From NCBI RefSeq assembly GCF_032444005.1, contig NC_091286.1, forward strand, positions 24,242,001-24,306,000: a DNA stretch of 64,000 nt, written 5' to 3'. Made by a program: the position numbers and the translations under genes. Positions 24,533 to 37,203 of the stretch are shown one piece after another (position 1 is the stretch's first letter; each line of letters starts with the position of its first letter). The notes under the pieces were generated by a model, which saw only the letters and a program-made list of their open reading frames with translations, was not told where the DNA came from and ran no database searches. This stretch comes from Ranitomeya imitator. Taxonomy: Eukaryota.

Positions 24533-26141
24533 ACAGCGCCCCCATAGGAGAGGAAGGTACAGCGCCCCCATAGGAGAGGAAGGTGCAGCGCCCCCATAGG
24601 AGAGGAAGGTGCAGCGCCCCCATAGGAGAGGAAGGTGCAGCGCCCCCATAGGGGAGGAAGGTACAGCGCCCCCATAGGAGAGGAAGGTACAGCGCCCCCA
24701 TAGGACAGGAAGGTGCAGCGCCCCCATAGGAGAGGAAGGTGCAGCGCCCCCATAGGGGAGGAAGGTGCAGCGCCCCCATAGGAGAGTAATGTACAGCGCC
24801 CCCATAGGAGAGGAAGGTGCAGCGCCCCCATAGGAGAGTAATGTACAGCGCCCCCATAGGAGAGGAATTTACAGAGCCCCCATAGGAGAGTAATGTACAG
24901 CGCCCCCATAGGAGAGGAAGGTACAGCGCCCCCATAGGAGAGGAAGGTGCAGCGCCCCCATAGGAGAGGAAGGTGCAGCGCCCCCATAGGAGAGTAATGT
25001 ACAGCGCCCCCATAGGAGAGGAATTTACAGAGCCCCCATAGGAGAGTAATGTACAGCGCCCCCATAGGAGAGGAATTTACAGCGCCCCCATAGGAGAGGA
25101 AGGTGCAGCGCCCCCATAGGAGAGGAAGGTACAGCGCCCCCATAGGGGAGGAAGGTACAGCGCCCCCATAGGAGAGGAAGGTACAGCGCCCCCATAGGAG
25201 AGGAAGGTACAGCGCCCCCATAGGAGAGGAAGGTACAGCGCCCCCATAGGAGAGTAATGTACAGCGCCCCCATAGGAGAGGAATTTACAGAGCCCCCATA
25301 GGAGAGTAATGTACAGCGCCCCCATAGGAGAGGAATTTACAGCGCCCCCATAGGAGAGGAAGGTGCAGCGCCCCCATAGGAGAGGAAGGTACAGCGCCCC
25401 CATAGGAGAGGAAGGTACAGCGCCCCCATAGGGGAGGAAGGTACAGCGCCCCCATAGGAGAGGAAGGTACAGCGCCCCCATAGGAGAGGAAGGTACAGCG
25501 CCCCCATAGGAGAGGAAGGTACAGCGCCCCCATAGGAGAGTAATGTACAGCGCCCCCATAGGAGAGGAAGGTACAGCGCCCCCATAGGGGAGGAAGGTAC
25601 AGCGCCCCCATAGGGGAGGAAGGTACAGCGCCCCCATAGGAGAGGAAGGTGCAGCGCCCCCATAGGAGAGTAATGTACAGAGCCCCCATAGGAGAGTAAT
25701 GTACAGCGCCCCATAGGAGAGGAATGTACAGCGCCCCCATAGGAGAGGAATGTACAGCGCCCCCATAGGAGAGGAAGGTACAGAGCCCCCATAGGAGAGT
25801 AATGTACAGAGCCCCCATAGGAGAGGAAGGTACAGCGCCCCCATAGGAGAGGAAGGTACAGCACCCCCATAGGAGAGGAAGGTACAGCGCCCCCATAGGA
25901 GAGTAATGTACAGCGCCCCCATAGGAGAGGAAGGTGCAGCGCCCCCATAGGAGAGGAAGGTGCAGCGCCCCCATAGGAGAGGAAGGTGCAGCGCCCCCAT
26001 AGGAGAGGAAGGTGCAGCGCCCCCATAGGAGAGGAAGGTGCAGCGCCCCCATAGGAGAGGAAGGTGCAGCGCCCCCATAGGAGAGGAAGGTGCAGCGCCC
26101 CCATAGGAGAGGAAGGTCCAGCGCCCCCACAGGAGAGGAAG
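24533..26141. repeat. 26-bp minisatellite (ACAGCGCCCCCATAGGAGAGGAAGGT)
   Basis: About 62 copies; variants ...GAGTAATGT and ...GGAATTT. Confidence 0.97.
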
Positions 26142-26143
26142 CT

Positions 26144-27708
26144 GCAGCGGGCAGCGCAGGTTCTCAGCAGCGCAGGTACTGGGCAGCACAGGTTCTCAGC
26201 AGCGCAGGTACTGGGCAGCGCAGGTTCTCGGCAGTGCAGGTACTGGGCAGCGCAGGTTCTCAGCAGTGCAGGTACTGGGCAGCGCAGGTTCTCAGCAGCG
26301 CAGGTACTGGGCAGTGCAGGTTCTCGGCAGCGCAGGTACTGGGCAGCACAGGTTCTCGGCAGTGCAGGTACTGGGCAGCGCAGGTTCTCAGCAGTGCAGG
26401 TACTGGGCAGTGCAGGTTCTCAGCAGCGCAGGTACTGGGCAGCACAGGTTCTCAGCAGCGCAGGTACTGGGCAGCACAGGTTCTCAGCAGCGCAGGTACT
26501 GGGCAGCGCAGGTTCTCGGCAGTGCAGGTACTGGGCAGCGCAGGTTCTCACCAGTGCAGGTACTGGGCAGCGCAGGTTCTCAGCAGCGCAGGTACTGGGC
26601 AGCACAGGTTCTCGGCAGTGCAGGTACTGGGCAGCGCAGGTTCTCAGCAGTGCAGGTACTGGGCAGCGCAGGTTCTCAGCAGTGCAGGTACTGGGCAGCG
26701 CAGGTTCTCGGCAGTGCAGGTCCTGGGCAGCGCAGGTTCTCAGCAGTGCAGGTCCTTGGCAGCGCAGGTACTGGGCAGCGCAGGTTCTCGGCAGTGCAGG
26801 TACTGGGCAGCGCAAGTTCTCGGCAGGCCAGGTTCTTGGTAGCGCAGGTACTAGGCAGCGCAGGTTCTCGGCAGTGCAGGTACTGGGCAGCGCAGGTTCT
26901 GGGCAGTGCAGGTCCTGGCCAGCGCAGGTTCTCAGCAGTGCAGGTTCTCGGCAGCGCAGGTACTGGTCAGTGCAGGTTCTCAGCAGTGCAGGTACTGGGC
27001 AGCGCAGGTTCTCAGCAGTGCAGGTCCTGGGCAGCGCAGGTTCTCAGCAGTGCAGGTTCTCGGCAGCGCAGGTACTGGGCAGCACAGGTTCTCTGCAGTG
27101 CAGGTACTGGGCAGCGCAAGTTCTCAGCAGTGCAGGTACTGGGCAGTGCAGGTTCTCGGCAGTGCAGGTCCTGGGCAGCGCAGGTTCTCAGCAGTGCAGG
27201 TACTGGGCAGCGCAGGTTCTCGGCAGTGCAGGTCCTGGGCAGCGCAGGTTCTCAGCAGTGCAGGTTCTTGGCAGCGCAGGTACTGGGCAGCGCAGGTTCT
27301 CAGCAGTGGAGATACTGGGCAGCGCAGGTTCTCGGCATTGCAGGTGCTGGACAGCGAAGGTTCTTAGCAGCGCAGGTACTGGGCAGCGCAGGTTCTCGGC
27401 AGTGCAGGTTCTCAACAGTGCAGGTACTGGCAGCTCAGGTTCTCAGCAGTGCAGGTACTGGGCAGCGCAGGTTCTCAGCAGTGCAGGTTCTCGGCAGCAC
27501 AGGTTCTCTGCAGTGAAGGTACTGGGCAGTGCAGGTTCATGGCAGTGCAGGTTCTTGGCAGCGCAGGTTCTTGGCAGTGCAGGTACTGGGCAGCGCAGGT
27601 ACTGGGCAGTGCAGATTCTTGGCAGCGCAGGTCGTCAGCAGCGCAGGTACTGGGCAGCGCAGGTTCTCAGCAGCGCAGATTCTTGGCAGCACAGGTCCTC
27701 AGCAGCGC
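26144..27708. repeat. 16-bp minisatellite with 32-bp dimer (GCAGCGCAGGTTCTCA / GCAGTGCAGGTACTGG)
   Basis: About 95 subunits, directly abutting the 26-bp array. Confidence 0.95.
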
Positions 27709-28512
27709 ATCGTTGTGTGGTGAATCGGTTGGCCGGCCTCCATTATAGTCACCGGTCGCTTTGTGTAAATGAACATTGAGGCTTTGATGGATTCATTGCT
27801 TGTAGATTACAATAATTCTGTTCCTGAAAACCTCAATGTGCAGAGAACGTCCGCTGACTGATCTGGGAAAGAACACCTGCAGTGTAAAGCATGGGGGACA
27901 CGTATGAGCAGATCCGGCTGTGAGCTCCGCTGCTTACTGATAAAACCCCAATGGCTTCTTGCCATTGACCCCGATGTTATTTCGGATGAGTCAGGACATT
28001 ATACAGTAATATGGAGACCGGGGGGCTGACAATCCTCCGCAGCCGCCCCATCCCCCCCTTGTTGCTGATCACGGATTGCAGTACCGCTCCGGACCCCCAA
28101 TCTCTTGATTACAGACGTTTATGTTACATGATTTTCTTGATTCGGGAGGACGAGTAATCAGCGGGATCGGATGTTACCGCGGGGCTCCGGTCACTGAGCC
28201 GTACGGCAGGTCTACGAGTCCGGGGGATTGTAGGCTTTTTATCCATTTATGGCCCTGGGGATAATCCTAACGATATGCCCGTACATTACTGGATGAAAAG
28301 ATTGATTTAACCCCTAAAATGATCAATCCAATTTAATCGTTACAATGAATTCCCACCATCGAACATTATAGCGTTTTTTGTCTTATAGGAATAGGTTGAA
28401 AATTCAATAAATTCATCATATATATTTATAGGAGGAAATCACTTTTTTTTTCCAATACAGAGCTGTAATTTTCCAGTAAAGAGATGTCACTTGGTCAGAA
28501 GTGCATGAAATT

Positions 28513-28610
28513 CTGCCTGCAGCCACCACTAGAGGGAGCCGAAGAGCGTTCTATATACTGTGATGTATTGATCTCAATGCAGAGCTCCCTCTAGTGGTGA
28601 CTGCAGGCAG
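28513..28610. repeat. 27-bp inverted repeat (MITE-internal palindrome) carrying two CTCF-like motifs
   Basis: CTGCCTGCAGCCACCACTAGAGGGAGC (28513-28539) against GCTCCCTCTAGTGGTGACTGCAGGCAG (28584-28610): 1 mismatch, 44-bp spacer. Confidence 0.85.
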
Positions 28611-28664
28611 AGAGTTTTATTGTTTATCTCGGTGCAAGGAATTTGGGGTTCGAAAAAGGCCCAG

Positions 28665-29950
28665 GATGGGGGACATTATACCTGGAAGGGGCAAAGGATG
28701 GGGGACATTATACCTGGAAGGGGAACAGGATGGGGGACATTATACCTGGAAGGGGCAAAGGATGTGGGACATTATACCTGGAAGGAGAACAGGATGGGGG
28801 ACATTATACCTGGAAGGGGCAAAGGATGGGGGACATTATACCTGGAAGAGGAACAGGATGGGGGACATTATACCTGGAAGGGGCAAAGGATGGAGGACAT
28901 TATGCCTGGAAGGGGCAAAGGATGGGGGACAAAGGATGGGGGACATTATGCCTGGAAGGGGCAAAGGATGGGGGACATTATACCTGGAAGGGGAACAGGA
29001 TGGGGGACATTATACCTGGAAGGGGAAAAGAATGGGGACATTATACCTGGAAGGGGAACAGGATGGGGGACATTATACCTGGAAGGGGCAAAGGATGGGG
29101 GACATTATACCTGGAAGGGGCAAAGGATGGGGGACATTATACCTGGAAGAGGAACAGGATGGGGGACATTATACCTGGAAGGGGCAAAGGATGGGGGACA
29201 TTATACCTGGAAGAGGCAAAGGATGGGGGACATTATACCTGGAAGGGGAACAGGATGGGGAACATTATAACTGGAAGGGGAACAGGATGGGGGACATTAT
29301 AACTGGAAGGGGAACAGGATGGGGGACATTATACCTGGAAGGGGCAAAGGATGGGGGACATTATACCTGGAAGGGGAACAGGATGGGGGACATTATACCT
29401 GGAAGGGGCAAAGGATGGGGGACATTATACCTGGAAGAGGAACAGGATGGAGGACATTATACCTGGAAGGGGCAAAGGATGGGGGACATTATACCTGGAA
29501 GAGGCAAAGGATGGGGGACATTATACCTGGAAGGGGAACAGGATGGGGGACATTATAACTGGAAGGGGAACAGGATGGGGGACATTATACCTGGAAGGGG
29601 CAAAGGATGGGGGACATTATACCTGGAAGGGGCAAAGGATGGGGGACATTATACCTGGAAGGGGCAAAGGATGGGGGATATTATACCTGGAAGGGGAACA
29701 GGATGGGGGACATTATACCTGGAAGGGGTACAGAATGGGGACATTATTACATAATGGGGAACATTATACCAGGTTCGGGATCCAAGTTGGGTGACATTTT
29801 TATAGCATAGGGTCCAAGATGGGAGCATTATTACTGGAAGGGGCCAATATGGGAACATTATCATTGGCCCAGGATGGGGGACATTATTACTGGAAGGGGT
29901 CTAGAATGGGGAAGATTATTACAGGAAACAGCCAGGATGAGGGACATTAT
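28665..29950. repeat. 32-bp G-rich minisatellite (GGATGGGGGACATTATACCTGGAAGGGGCAAA)
   Basis: Period 32 (CCTGG at 28681 and 28713). About 38 copies, degenerate after about 29740. Confidence 0.96.
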
Positions 29951-31338
29951 TACATGTCTTTATAGGATCTAGAACGCTACAAGGTCACATACATCTGACC
30001 AATCTTGAGATCTTGAAAATGGTGAAAATATTAATTTTCTATTTTGTTTCCTCTTTAATTTCTATGGGGTTTTCATCTTTCCTTTTTTTTTTGGTTTTCG
30101 GAAGAAGGGGAGAAAAGAAAAACAGCTTTTTTTTAAAATTCTTCTGCTGATACAATTGTATCCAGTAACCTATAAGCTGCACAGATCTGGTTCGCTACAA
30201 TGTATCAGTCTGCAGTCTGGGGCTGTTTCGCTGATAGTGTAGAAAAGTTAGGATTGTTTCACCTTTCATCAGGACCAGGGTAAGATACAGGTTATAGTTT
30301 AACGTTTCCATTCACTGACAGCAAGCGGTATTTTTTTTTTTTACAGTATATTTCATAGTTGTGGCGTATATTGTATTGCTGGAGCCTGGTGTGTGGATAG
30401 TGGACCGGGCTGCGATCATCGGAGAATAGACGATGAAGCGATCGTTGCTATTTTAATGATACAAGCTATAATAAACCCAAATCTGCGGTGAGTCAGCGCT
30501 TCCCACTCGTATGGAGACATGTAAAATGAAAACCATCCGCACGCGAGCCGCCGCTTCATACATGAGCTCATCCACATTCTTACATAAGAGCGCGGCTGCC
30601 GCCGGGGGTCTCGTACATTCGATCCTGATGTCTCTCAGCGAGCGAATCACGGAAAATTCATCACTTTCTTCTTTTTACCCCTGGGACCTGGGGAGGGGGG
30701 TTAAAGGTTAAAGAAAACAATAAAATCTGGGTCTGGAAAATCAGCCCTTTGGGAACGTGCGCAGAAATCCTCGATGAACCTCAAAATAAGCCCTGTCCAA
30801 AAATTAGGGGGCGGAAAAAAAAGACAAAAGTCAGGTGTGGACGTATCAAATGTGCCACCGAGGCAGCAGCACAGGGGCCCCTGAAGATAAGGGGGTCACT
30901 GTCTCTTTAAAAGAAACTTCCTGCTATCTTTAAGATTCCTGGAAGGCGAAGAGCTAATCTCACAACTACTACCCATAGGGGGCGCTCTGTAGAACGGACA
31001 TATTCTGTGCTTGTAGGACCCGTCCGCGGCTTGTGGTGGGCCTCGACCGTAGTGTTATAGCATTGGGGACAGCCACAGTCTCACCTGCAGGAATCAGAAA
31101 ACTTCAGCTGTGAAACTGCAGCTTCAAACATGCAACACATGGCTTTCAGTGATTGCTGGGAGTTGTAGTCTTGAGATGAAATAAAAAGTTTGTCTGGGAC
31201 TTTGTTTATATATTTTTCCGACTTTTTTTTTTGCCCAATTTTTGTTTTTTTTTTGTCCTTTTTCCATTCTTCTACTTTCTACTTCTGGATTTCTCTTTTT
31301 TTTGTTCGTCGTTGTAGGCGATGATTGGGGTTTTGTGA

Positions 31339-32549
31339 AGTCATTGGACGTGGTATATCTCGATTTTTCCAAAGCGTTTGATACCGTGCCGCACAAGAGG
31401 TTGGTACACAAAATGAGAATGCTTGGTCTGGGGGAAATTGTGTGTAAATGGGTTAGTAACTGGCTTAGTGATAGAAAGCAGAGGGTGGTTATAAATGGTA
31501 TAGTCTCTAACTGGGTCGCTGTGACCAGTGGGGTACCGCAGGGGTCAGTATTGGGACCTGTTCTCTTCAACATATTCATTAATGATCTGGTAGAAGGTTT
31601 ACACAGTAAAATATCGATATTTGCAGATGATACAAAACTATGTAAAGCAGTTAATACAAGAGAAGATAGTATTCTGCTACAGATGGATCTGGATAAGTTG
31701 GAAACTTGGGCTGAAAGGTGGCAGATGAGGTTTAACAATGATAAATGTAAGGTTATACACATGGGAAGAAGGAATCAATGTCACCATTACACACTGAACG
31801 GGAAACCACTGGGTAAATCTGACAGGGAGAAGGACTTGGGGATCCTAGTTAATGATAAACTTACCTGGAGCAGCCAGTGCCAGGCAGCAGCTGCCAAGGC
31901 AAACAGGATCATGGGGTGCATTAAAAGAGGTCTGGATACATATGATGAGAGCATTATACTGCCTCTGTACAAATCCCTAGTTAGACCGCACATGGAGTAC
32001 TGTGTCCAGTTTTGGGCACCGGTGCTCAGGAAGGATATAATGGAACTAGAGAGAGTACAAAGGAGGGCAACAAAATTAATAAAGGGGATGGGAGAACTAC
32101 AATACCCAGATAGATTAGCGAAATTAGGATTATTTAGTCTAGAAAAAAGACGACTGAGAGGCGATCTAATAACCATGTATAAGTATATAAGGGGACAATA
32201 CAAATATCTCGCTGAGGATCTGTTTATACCAAGGAAGGTGACGGGCACAAGGGGGCATTCTTTGCGTCTGGAGGAGAGAAGGTTTTTCCACCAACATAGA
32301 AGAGGATTCTTTACTGTTAGGGCAGTGAGAATCTGGAATTGCTTGCCTGAGGAGGTGGTGATGGCGAACTCAGTCGAGGGGTTCAAGAGAGGCCTGGATG
32401 TCTTCCTGGAGCAGAACAATATTGTATCATACAATTAGGTTCTGTAGAAGGACGTAGATCTGGGGATTTATTATGATGGAATATAGGCTGAACTGGATGG
32501 ACAAATGTCTTTTTTCGGCCTTACTAACTATGTTACTATGTTACTATGT
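31339..32549 (+). mobile_element. CR1 LINE, 5'-truncated (RT domain to 3' end)
   Basis: Open frame YLDFSKAFD...GVPQGSVLGP...FADDTKL...to the stop at 32438, then a 3'UTR and (TTACTATG)n tail typical of CR1. Confidence 0.95.
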
Positions 32550-32989
32550 AAGTGTTTGGCCAATTTTTCGCACAAATCTACATCAGTTCCTCCCCACAGA
32601 CGAGACAAATATAAGCCTTAAAAAAAAAATATCAATGATGAATCGGGCTCTTTATGTTTCAGCTCTTCAGGCCAATCACTTTGGGAAGGGGCAATACATT
32701 TTGGGGCTCCTTCCCTTGTGCACGGTCTGCCCCCTACCTCTTCCAGGGACCCTCCACTCTGCGCCAAAGAAATGTCAATGAAGAACATCTAATAACGGGA
32801 TTTATTAGAAATAAATAGAGTTTATCTTTTACTTGTATTTCTGATAATATAAGCAGTACATGTAAGACTTTTTTTTATATTGATTCATTCTTTATAATAT
32901 ACTACATTAAGGCACAACTTATTTTTTTGCATAATTTATAGTATTTTTTTTGTCCTCTCATGGACATTTCTAGCAAACACTTCTTTTTA

Positions 32990-33155
32990 GGCCGGGGTCC
33001 CACTTGCAACTGTAATGCGGGAAACTCGCATGAGTCTCTTGCCTCAATACCCGGCACTCAGGACATAGAAATACATGCAGCCGCACGTTCCGGTCCCGAG
33101 TTTGTGTATTGAGGCGCGAGTTTCTCGCATTGCAGTTGCAAGTATGACCCCGGCC
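32990..33155. mobile_element. 166-bp Harbinger-type MITE
   Basis: About 40-bp TIRs: GGCCGGGGTCCCACTTGCAACTGTAATGCGGGAAACTCGC / GCGAGTTTCTCGCATTGCAGTTGCAAGTATGACCCCGGCC. Flanks TTA / TTG. A related fragment lies at about 54690-54760. Confidence 0.8.
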
Positions 33156-33224
33156 TTGTGTTCGCCTTAGTACAGGACTTCCTATACTTACATGCATTAT
33201 GTAAGATGGAGTGCCAAGAGAAAA

Positions 33225-33995
33225 AATAAATAAATAACTCCTCGCGTTTCACCACCAGTATGGGCTTCCTCAGGGGTTTCAATGACGAAGTAGAAGAGTA
33301 AGCTTGATTATTGTGATCAATAATGAAAACTATGCATAATAATAACCAACTATATGTATAGTATGGGGGGGCATGGTTGTACGCTGCATCCAGGATCAGT
33401 GGGTTGCCCATGCGCAAAGACGCAAGGTTTGACGTCCGGAAATCAGAGGTGCGGAGGCGCGAAAATTGCATAAGTAAATGTCAACCAAGCAGACATGTGT
33501 GATGGCGAATCCTCGGAATGTGAGTGAACAGATACAACCAAGACAACAGAACACTAGAAAATAGAAGAAAATAAAAGAAAATCATAGTGCCGTGTAATAT
33601 GGAGATGTGTCACCCCCTGAGCGCATGCGTCATCCCCTACTCGCATCTCATTTACACGCATGTGTCTTCGCATGGTCTTTTTTTACCATACTACATGTGT
33701 GCTTGTGCTTTTGTTTTCCTCACACATGTCGCTTTGGTAACTACTTATGCAATTTTCACGCCTGCGCAGTTCTCATTTCCAAACGCTAATTTTTTGTGTC
33801 TCTGTGCATGTGCAACCCACTGATCCTGGATGTGCCGTTCTGACTATGCTCCCTCTTGCTTTACACACAATTGTTAATTATTATGTATAGTTTTGATTAT
33901 TGATCAATATATATGAGACATACCATTCTACTTAGTTATTATACCCCTGAGGAAGCCCATACTGGTGGCGATACGCATTGGGGAAACTCACTGCT
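33225..33995. mobile_element. Penelope-like remnant: diverged inverted arms, each with a decayed minimal hammerhead motif
   Basis: Arms about 33225-33440 and 33790-33995 share, inverted, CATCCAGGATCAGTGGGTTGC and CCCCTGAGGAAGCCCATACTGGTGG. Hammerhead-like motifs at 33238-33276 (-) and 33944-33983 (+). Confidence 0.6.
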
Positions 33996-35219
33996 CCATC
34001 TTACTCGGTCCAGGTAATGTCCACATAACTCCTGATTTTATCTTCTGTCGGCTGAATGAGTGATTCTGTGTATGGGGAGTGATGGCTGAGACGGCTGTCA
34101 GTCATGTAGTGACTATGGCCAGCCATATACTGACTTCTTACCGCACAGTTACTATAATCCAGGAGGGAACACAATGTTATATTTTCTTAATATTTTGTGC
34201 ACTTGATGAGATCTATTGATCTCTGTTATGTTAATTCAAGACAAGGATCCCATCAAGAACGACACCAGCAAGGAGTTTGTATGTTCTCCCCGTGTTTGGT
34301 GGGTTTCCTCTGGGTTCACCAATCTCCTCCCACATTCTAAAGACATACTTGTGAAACCCAATGGGGACAGATTGTGGAGTAACTAGATTCGGATGGGCCC
34401 CGATGCAAAATTTGGACCTGGGCTCCCACCTGCACCTATGTTGGTCAGATATATGAGCCTTTATATCGTTCTAGATACTATAAACACATATATGTTTGCC
34501 CCTTATGTAATTATGTCCCCCGTCCTGCACCCCTCACCCATCCAGATGCCATTCTGTAATAATGGCCCCCATCCTGGTTCCTTCTTGTAAGTGTTCCCCT
34601 TTATGAGCCCCTTCCTGTAATAATCTCCCCCCATCCTGGGCCCCTTTCTGGTATAATGTTCCCCATCTTGGCCCCTTTATTTAATAATGTCCCTTATCGT
34701 GGCCTCCCACCATGGCCACATATCTCCAGCACTAGGAACCTCCAGAGTCATAGACTTTCATACTTAGACCCCAGTTTGCTGCAGATGGGGCACTTCTTTG
34801 CCACACTGTCTTCTGCGATATCGGGTACATCGATGACATCCTATGGGCAGACAGGTGCATAATATAATGTGTGTTTCCATTCTTCAATGATCAAGATCTT
34901 TACCTGCTGCCAGTGAAGGAAAATGATTATTTTCAGAGGCTAAAAATCTCTGGAGACCTAAGACTTCTCAAAGCTGAAGGTTTGTTACAGTTGAACCCAA
35001 TCTAGAGAAAGATATCATCAGCACATACACTTGTATAATGTATCAGTCTGGACTCCAGGATGTTTATCACATAGATTCAGACTGGATATAATAGTAACAA
35101 AACCTCAGCAGCAAGAAGCATCAGGTCTGTTTTGGTTTTCATGGCAAGAATGTCCCCACGGACACCCAAAACTCCTCAGGGATCTCCGCCAAGAAACCCA
35201 GCAGAAAGTCATGGCTACA

Positions 35220-36047
35220 TCCCTCTCTCAGTCCAGCATTCAACCTCTGTCCTTTGCTGTAATGGGAGCATAAATCACACACCGACCCAGGCCACACACC
35301 CACTCATACAAGCTGCAACCACTCATCGAACTCACGGGCGATGAGTCCCGGAAATATTACTACTACTGTCTGCCAATCATAAGGCTCGCAGAGTTTAAGG
35401 CTATGGATTCTTTAGAACATTCAAGGTTCAACTTGTTAAAGTTTTATGCTTTAATACAAAAAGGTACCGTGCTTAAAATAAAGAAAAAGGTATAAAAATA
35501 TGGTAATAAAAAGACATACAAATATGCAAAACAGTTATAAAATAAACAGGAGAAAACTTACAGAAATAGCTAACTTTGTAGTCTGCTTCCTGCTCCCTGA
35601 GGGGGGGATGAATATGGACTGGATCACATCAGCTTGGCTGCTCTCAATCTGTGAACACAACTCTATGTATACAGGCCTGATTTATAGAGTCAGCCTGGAG
35701 GTCAGATTTCTGGAATAGCCTCTCAGGTTAATATTATAATTGCTTGTTTTTTCATTGGCCCATGGCCACTCCACCAATGAATATAATATTTTCTCTTAAT
35801 TTCTTGGTGTAAAGTTTCCCACAGATAGATGGTGTCAGGCTGTAATTGACATCTCCCTTCAAAAGAGTTAGAAGGTGTGACATGTTTCCCCTTCTTCCAG
35901 GTTCCCAGCAAAACTCCCTGGAGAGATTGCAGACAGTAGACTGCCTTCTCAGATACATATGTTGTGACCTTTGTGAGACCTGCAGTTTCAGGACAGATGT
36001 TAAACTACTGCTAGTTACACATATAAACCTATACATATTTCACTGCA
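35220..36047 (-). mobile_element. Diverged LTR of the same family as 4863-5842
   Basis: Shared blocks CTCTCAGTCCAGCATTCAACCTCTGTCC, GGCTATGGATTC..TTAGAACATTCAAGGTTCAACTTGTTAAAG and AAAATAAACAGGAGAAAACTTACAGAAAT, plus the ...CATATTTCAC end. Left boundary uncertain (may reach about 35040). Confidence 0.75.
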
Positions 36048-36143
36048 CACATGTATCATTTCCAGGGGACCCACTAACCACCGACCCACTGGACACATGC
36101 TGAATGTGCACCACTTAATCACGGCCATGAACACAGATAAGGC

Positions 36144-37203
36144 GGTGCACACTGGTAATGAGGTACACACAGGTAACGAGATGCAGACAGGTAACGAGAT
36201 GCAGACAGGTAACGAGGTGCACGCAGGTAACGAGGTGCACGCAGGTAACGAGGTGGAAGCAGGTAACGAGGTGCGCGCAGGTAACGAGGTGCGCGCAGGT
36301 AACGAGGTGCGCGCAGGTAACGAGGTGCAAGCAGGTAACGAGGTGCACGCAGGTAACGAGGTGCACGCAGGTAACGAGGTGCACGCAGGTAACGAGATGC
36401 ACGCAGGTAACGAGGTGGAAGCAGGTAACGAGGTGCAAGCAGGTAACGAGATGCGCGCAGGTAACGAGGTGCGCGCAGGTAACGAGGTGCACGCAGGTAA
36501 CGAGGTGCAAGCAGGTAACGAGGTGCAAGCAGGTAACGAGGTGCACGCAGGTAACGAGGTGCACGCAGGTAACGAGGTGCACGCAGGTAACGAGGTGCAC
36601 GCAGGTCACGAGGTGCACGCAGGTCACGAGGTGCACGCAGGTCACGAGTTGCACGCAGGTAACGAGGTGCACGCAGGTCACGAGTTGCACGCAGGTCACG
36701 AGGTGCACGCAGGTAACGAGGTGCACGCAGGTAACGAGGTGCACGCAGGTAACGAGGTGCACGCAGGTAACGAGGTGCAAGCAGGTAACGAGGTGCACGC
36801 AGGTAACGAGGTGCACGCAGGTCACGAGGTGCACGCAGGTCACGAGGTGCACGCAGGTCACGAGGTGCACGCAGGTCACGAGGTGCACGCAGGTCACGAG
36901 GTGCACGCAGGTCACGAGGTGCACGCAGGTCACGAGTTGCACGCAGGTCACGAGGTGCACGCAGGTAACGAGGTGCACGCAGGTCACGAGGTGCACGCAG
37001 GTCACGAGGTGCACGCAGGTCACGAGGTGCACGCAGGTCACGAGGTGCACGCAGGTCACGAGTTGCACGCAGGTCACGAGGTGCACGCAGGTGACGAGGT
37101 GCACGCAGGTGACGAGGTGCACGCAGGTGACGAGGTGCACACAGGTAACGAGGTACACACAGGTAACGAGGTACACACAGGTAACAAGGTACACACAGGT
37201 AAC
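36144..37203. repeat. 18-bp minisatellite (GCAGGTAACGAGGTGCAC), inside ORF 36097-37473
   Basis: About 58 units, none with an indel that I could see. Translates as AGNEVH/AGHEVH repeats. Confidence 0.95.

Noticed and set aside
24533-26141. 26-bp unit as an array of CTCF sites (CCTATGGGGGCGCTG on the - strand)
   Set aside because: Only the GGGGGCGC half matches; the core CCASYAG half, including the invariant A, does not.
24476-29810. Long ORFs over the 26-, 16/32- and 32-bp arrays
   Set aside because: Repeat-derived: unit lengths are not multiples of 3 and identical peptide patterns occur in all frames.
31242-31338. N-terminal extension of the 398-aa CR1 ORF (MFFFCPFSILL...)
   Set aside because: It is flanking T-rich DNA that happens to be in frame. 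CR1 homology with the second copy starts only at about 31339.
31124-32434. Antisense ORFs over the CR1 copies (also 60222-60869 and 60894-61148)
   Set aside because: Shadow frames of the RT coding strand, identical in both copies, with no independent features.
32648-32675. CUGAAGA-GCU-GAAA on the - strand as a further hammerhead
   Set aside because: No room for stem II, no NUH triplet or stem III, and no stem I complementarity; probably chance.
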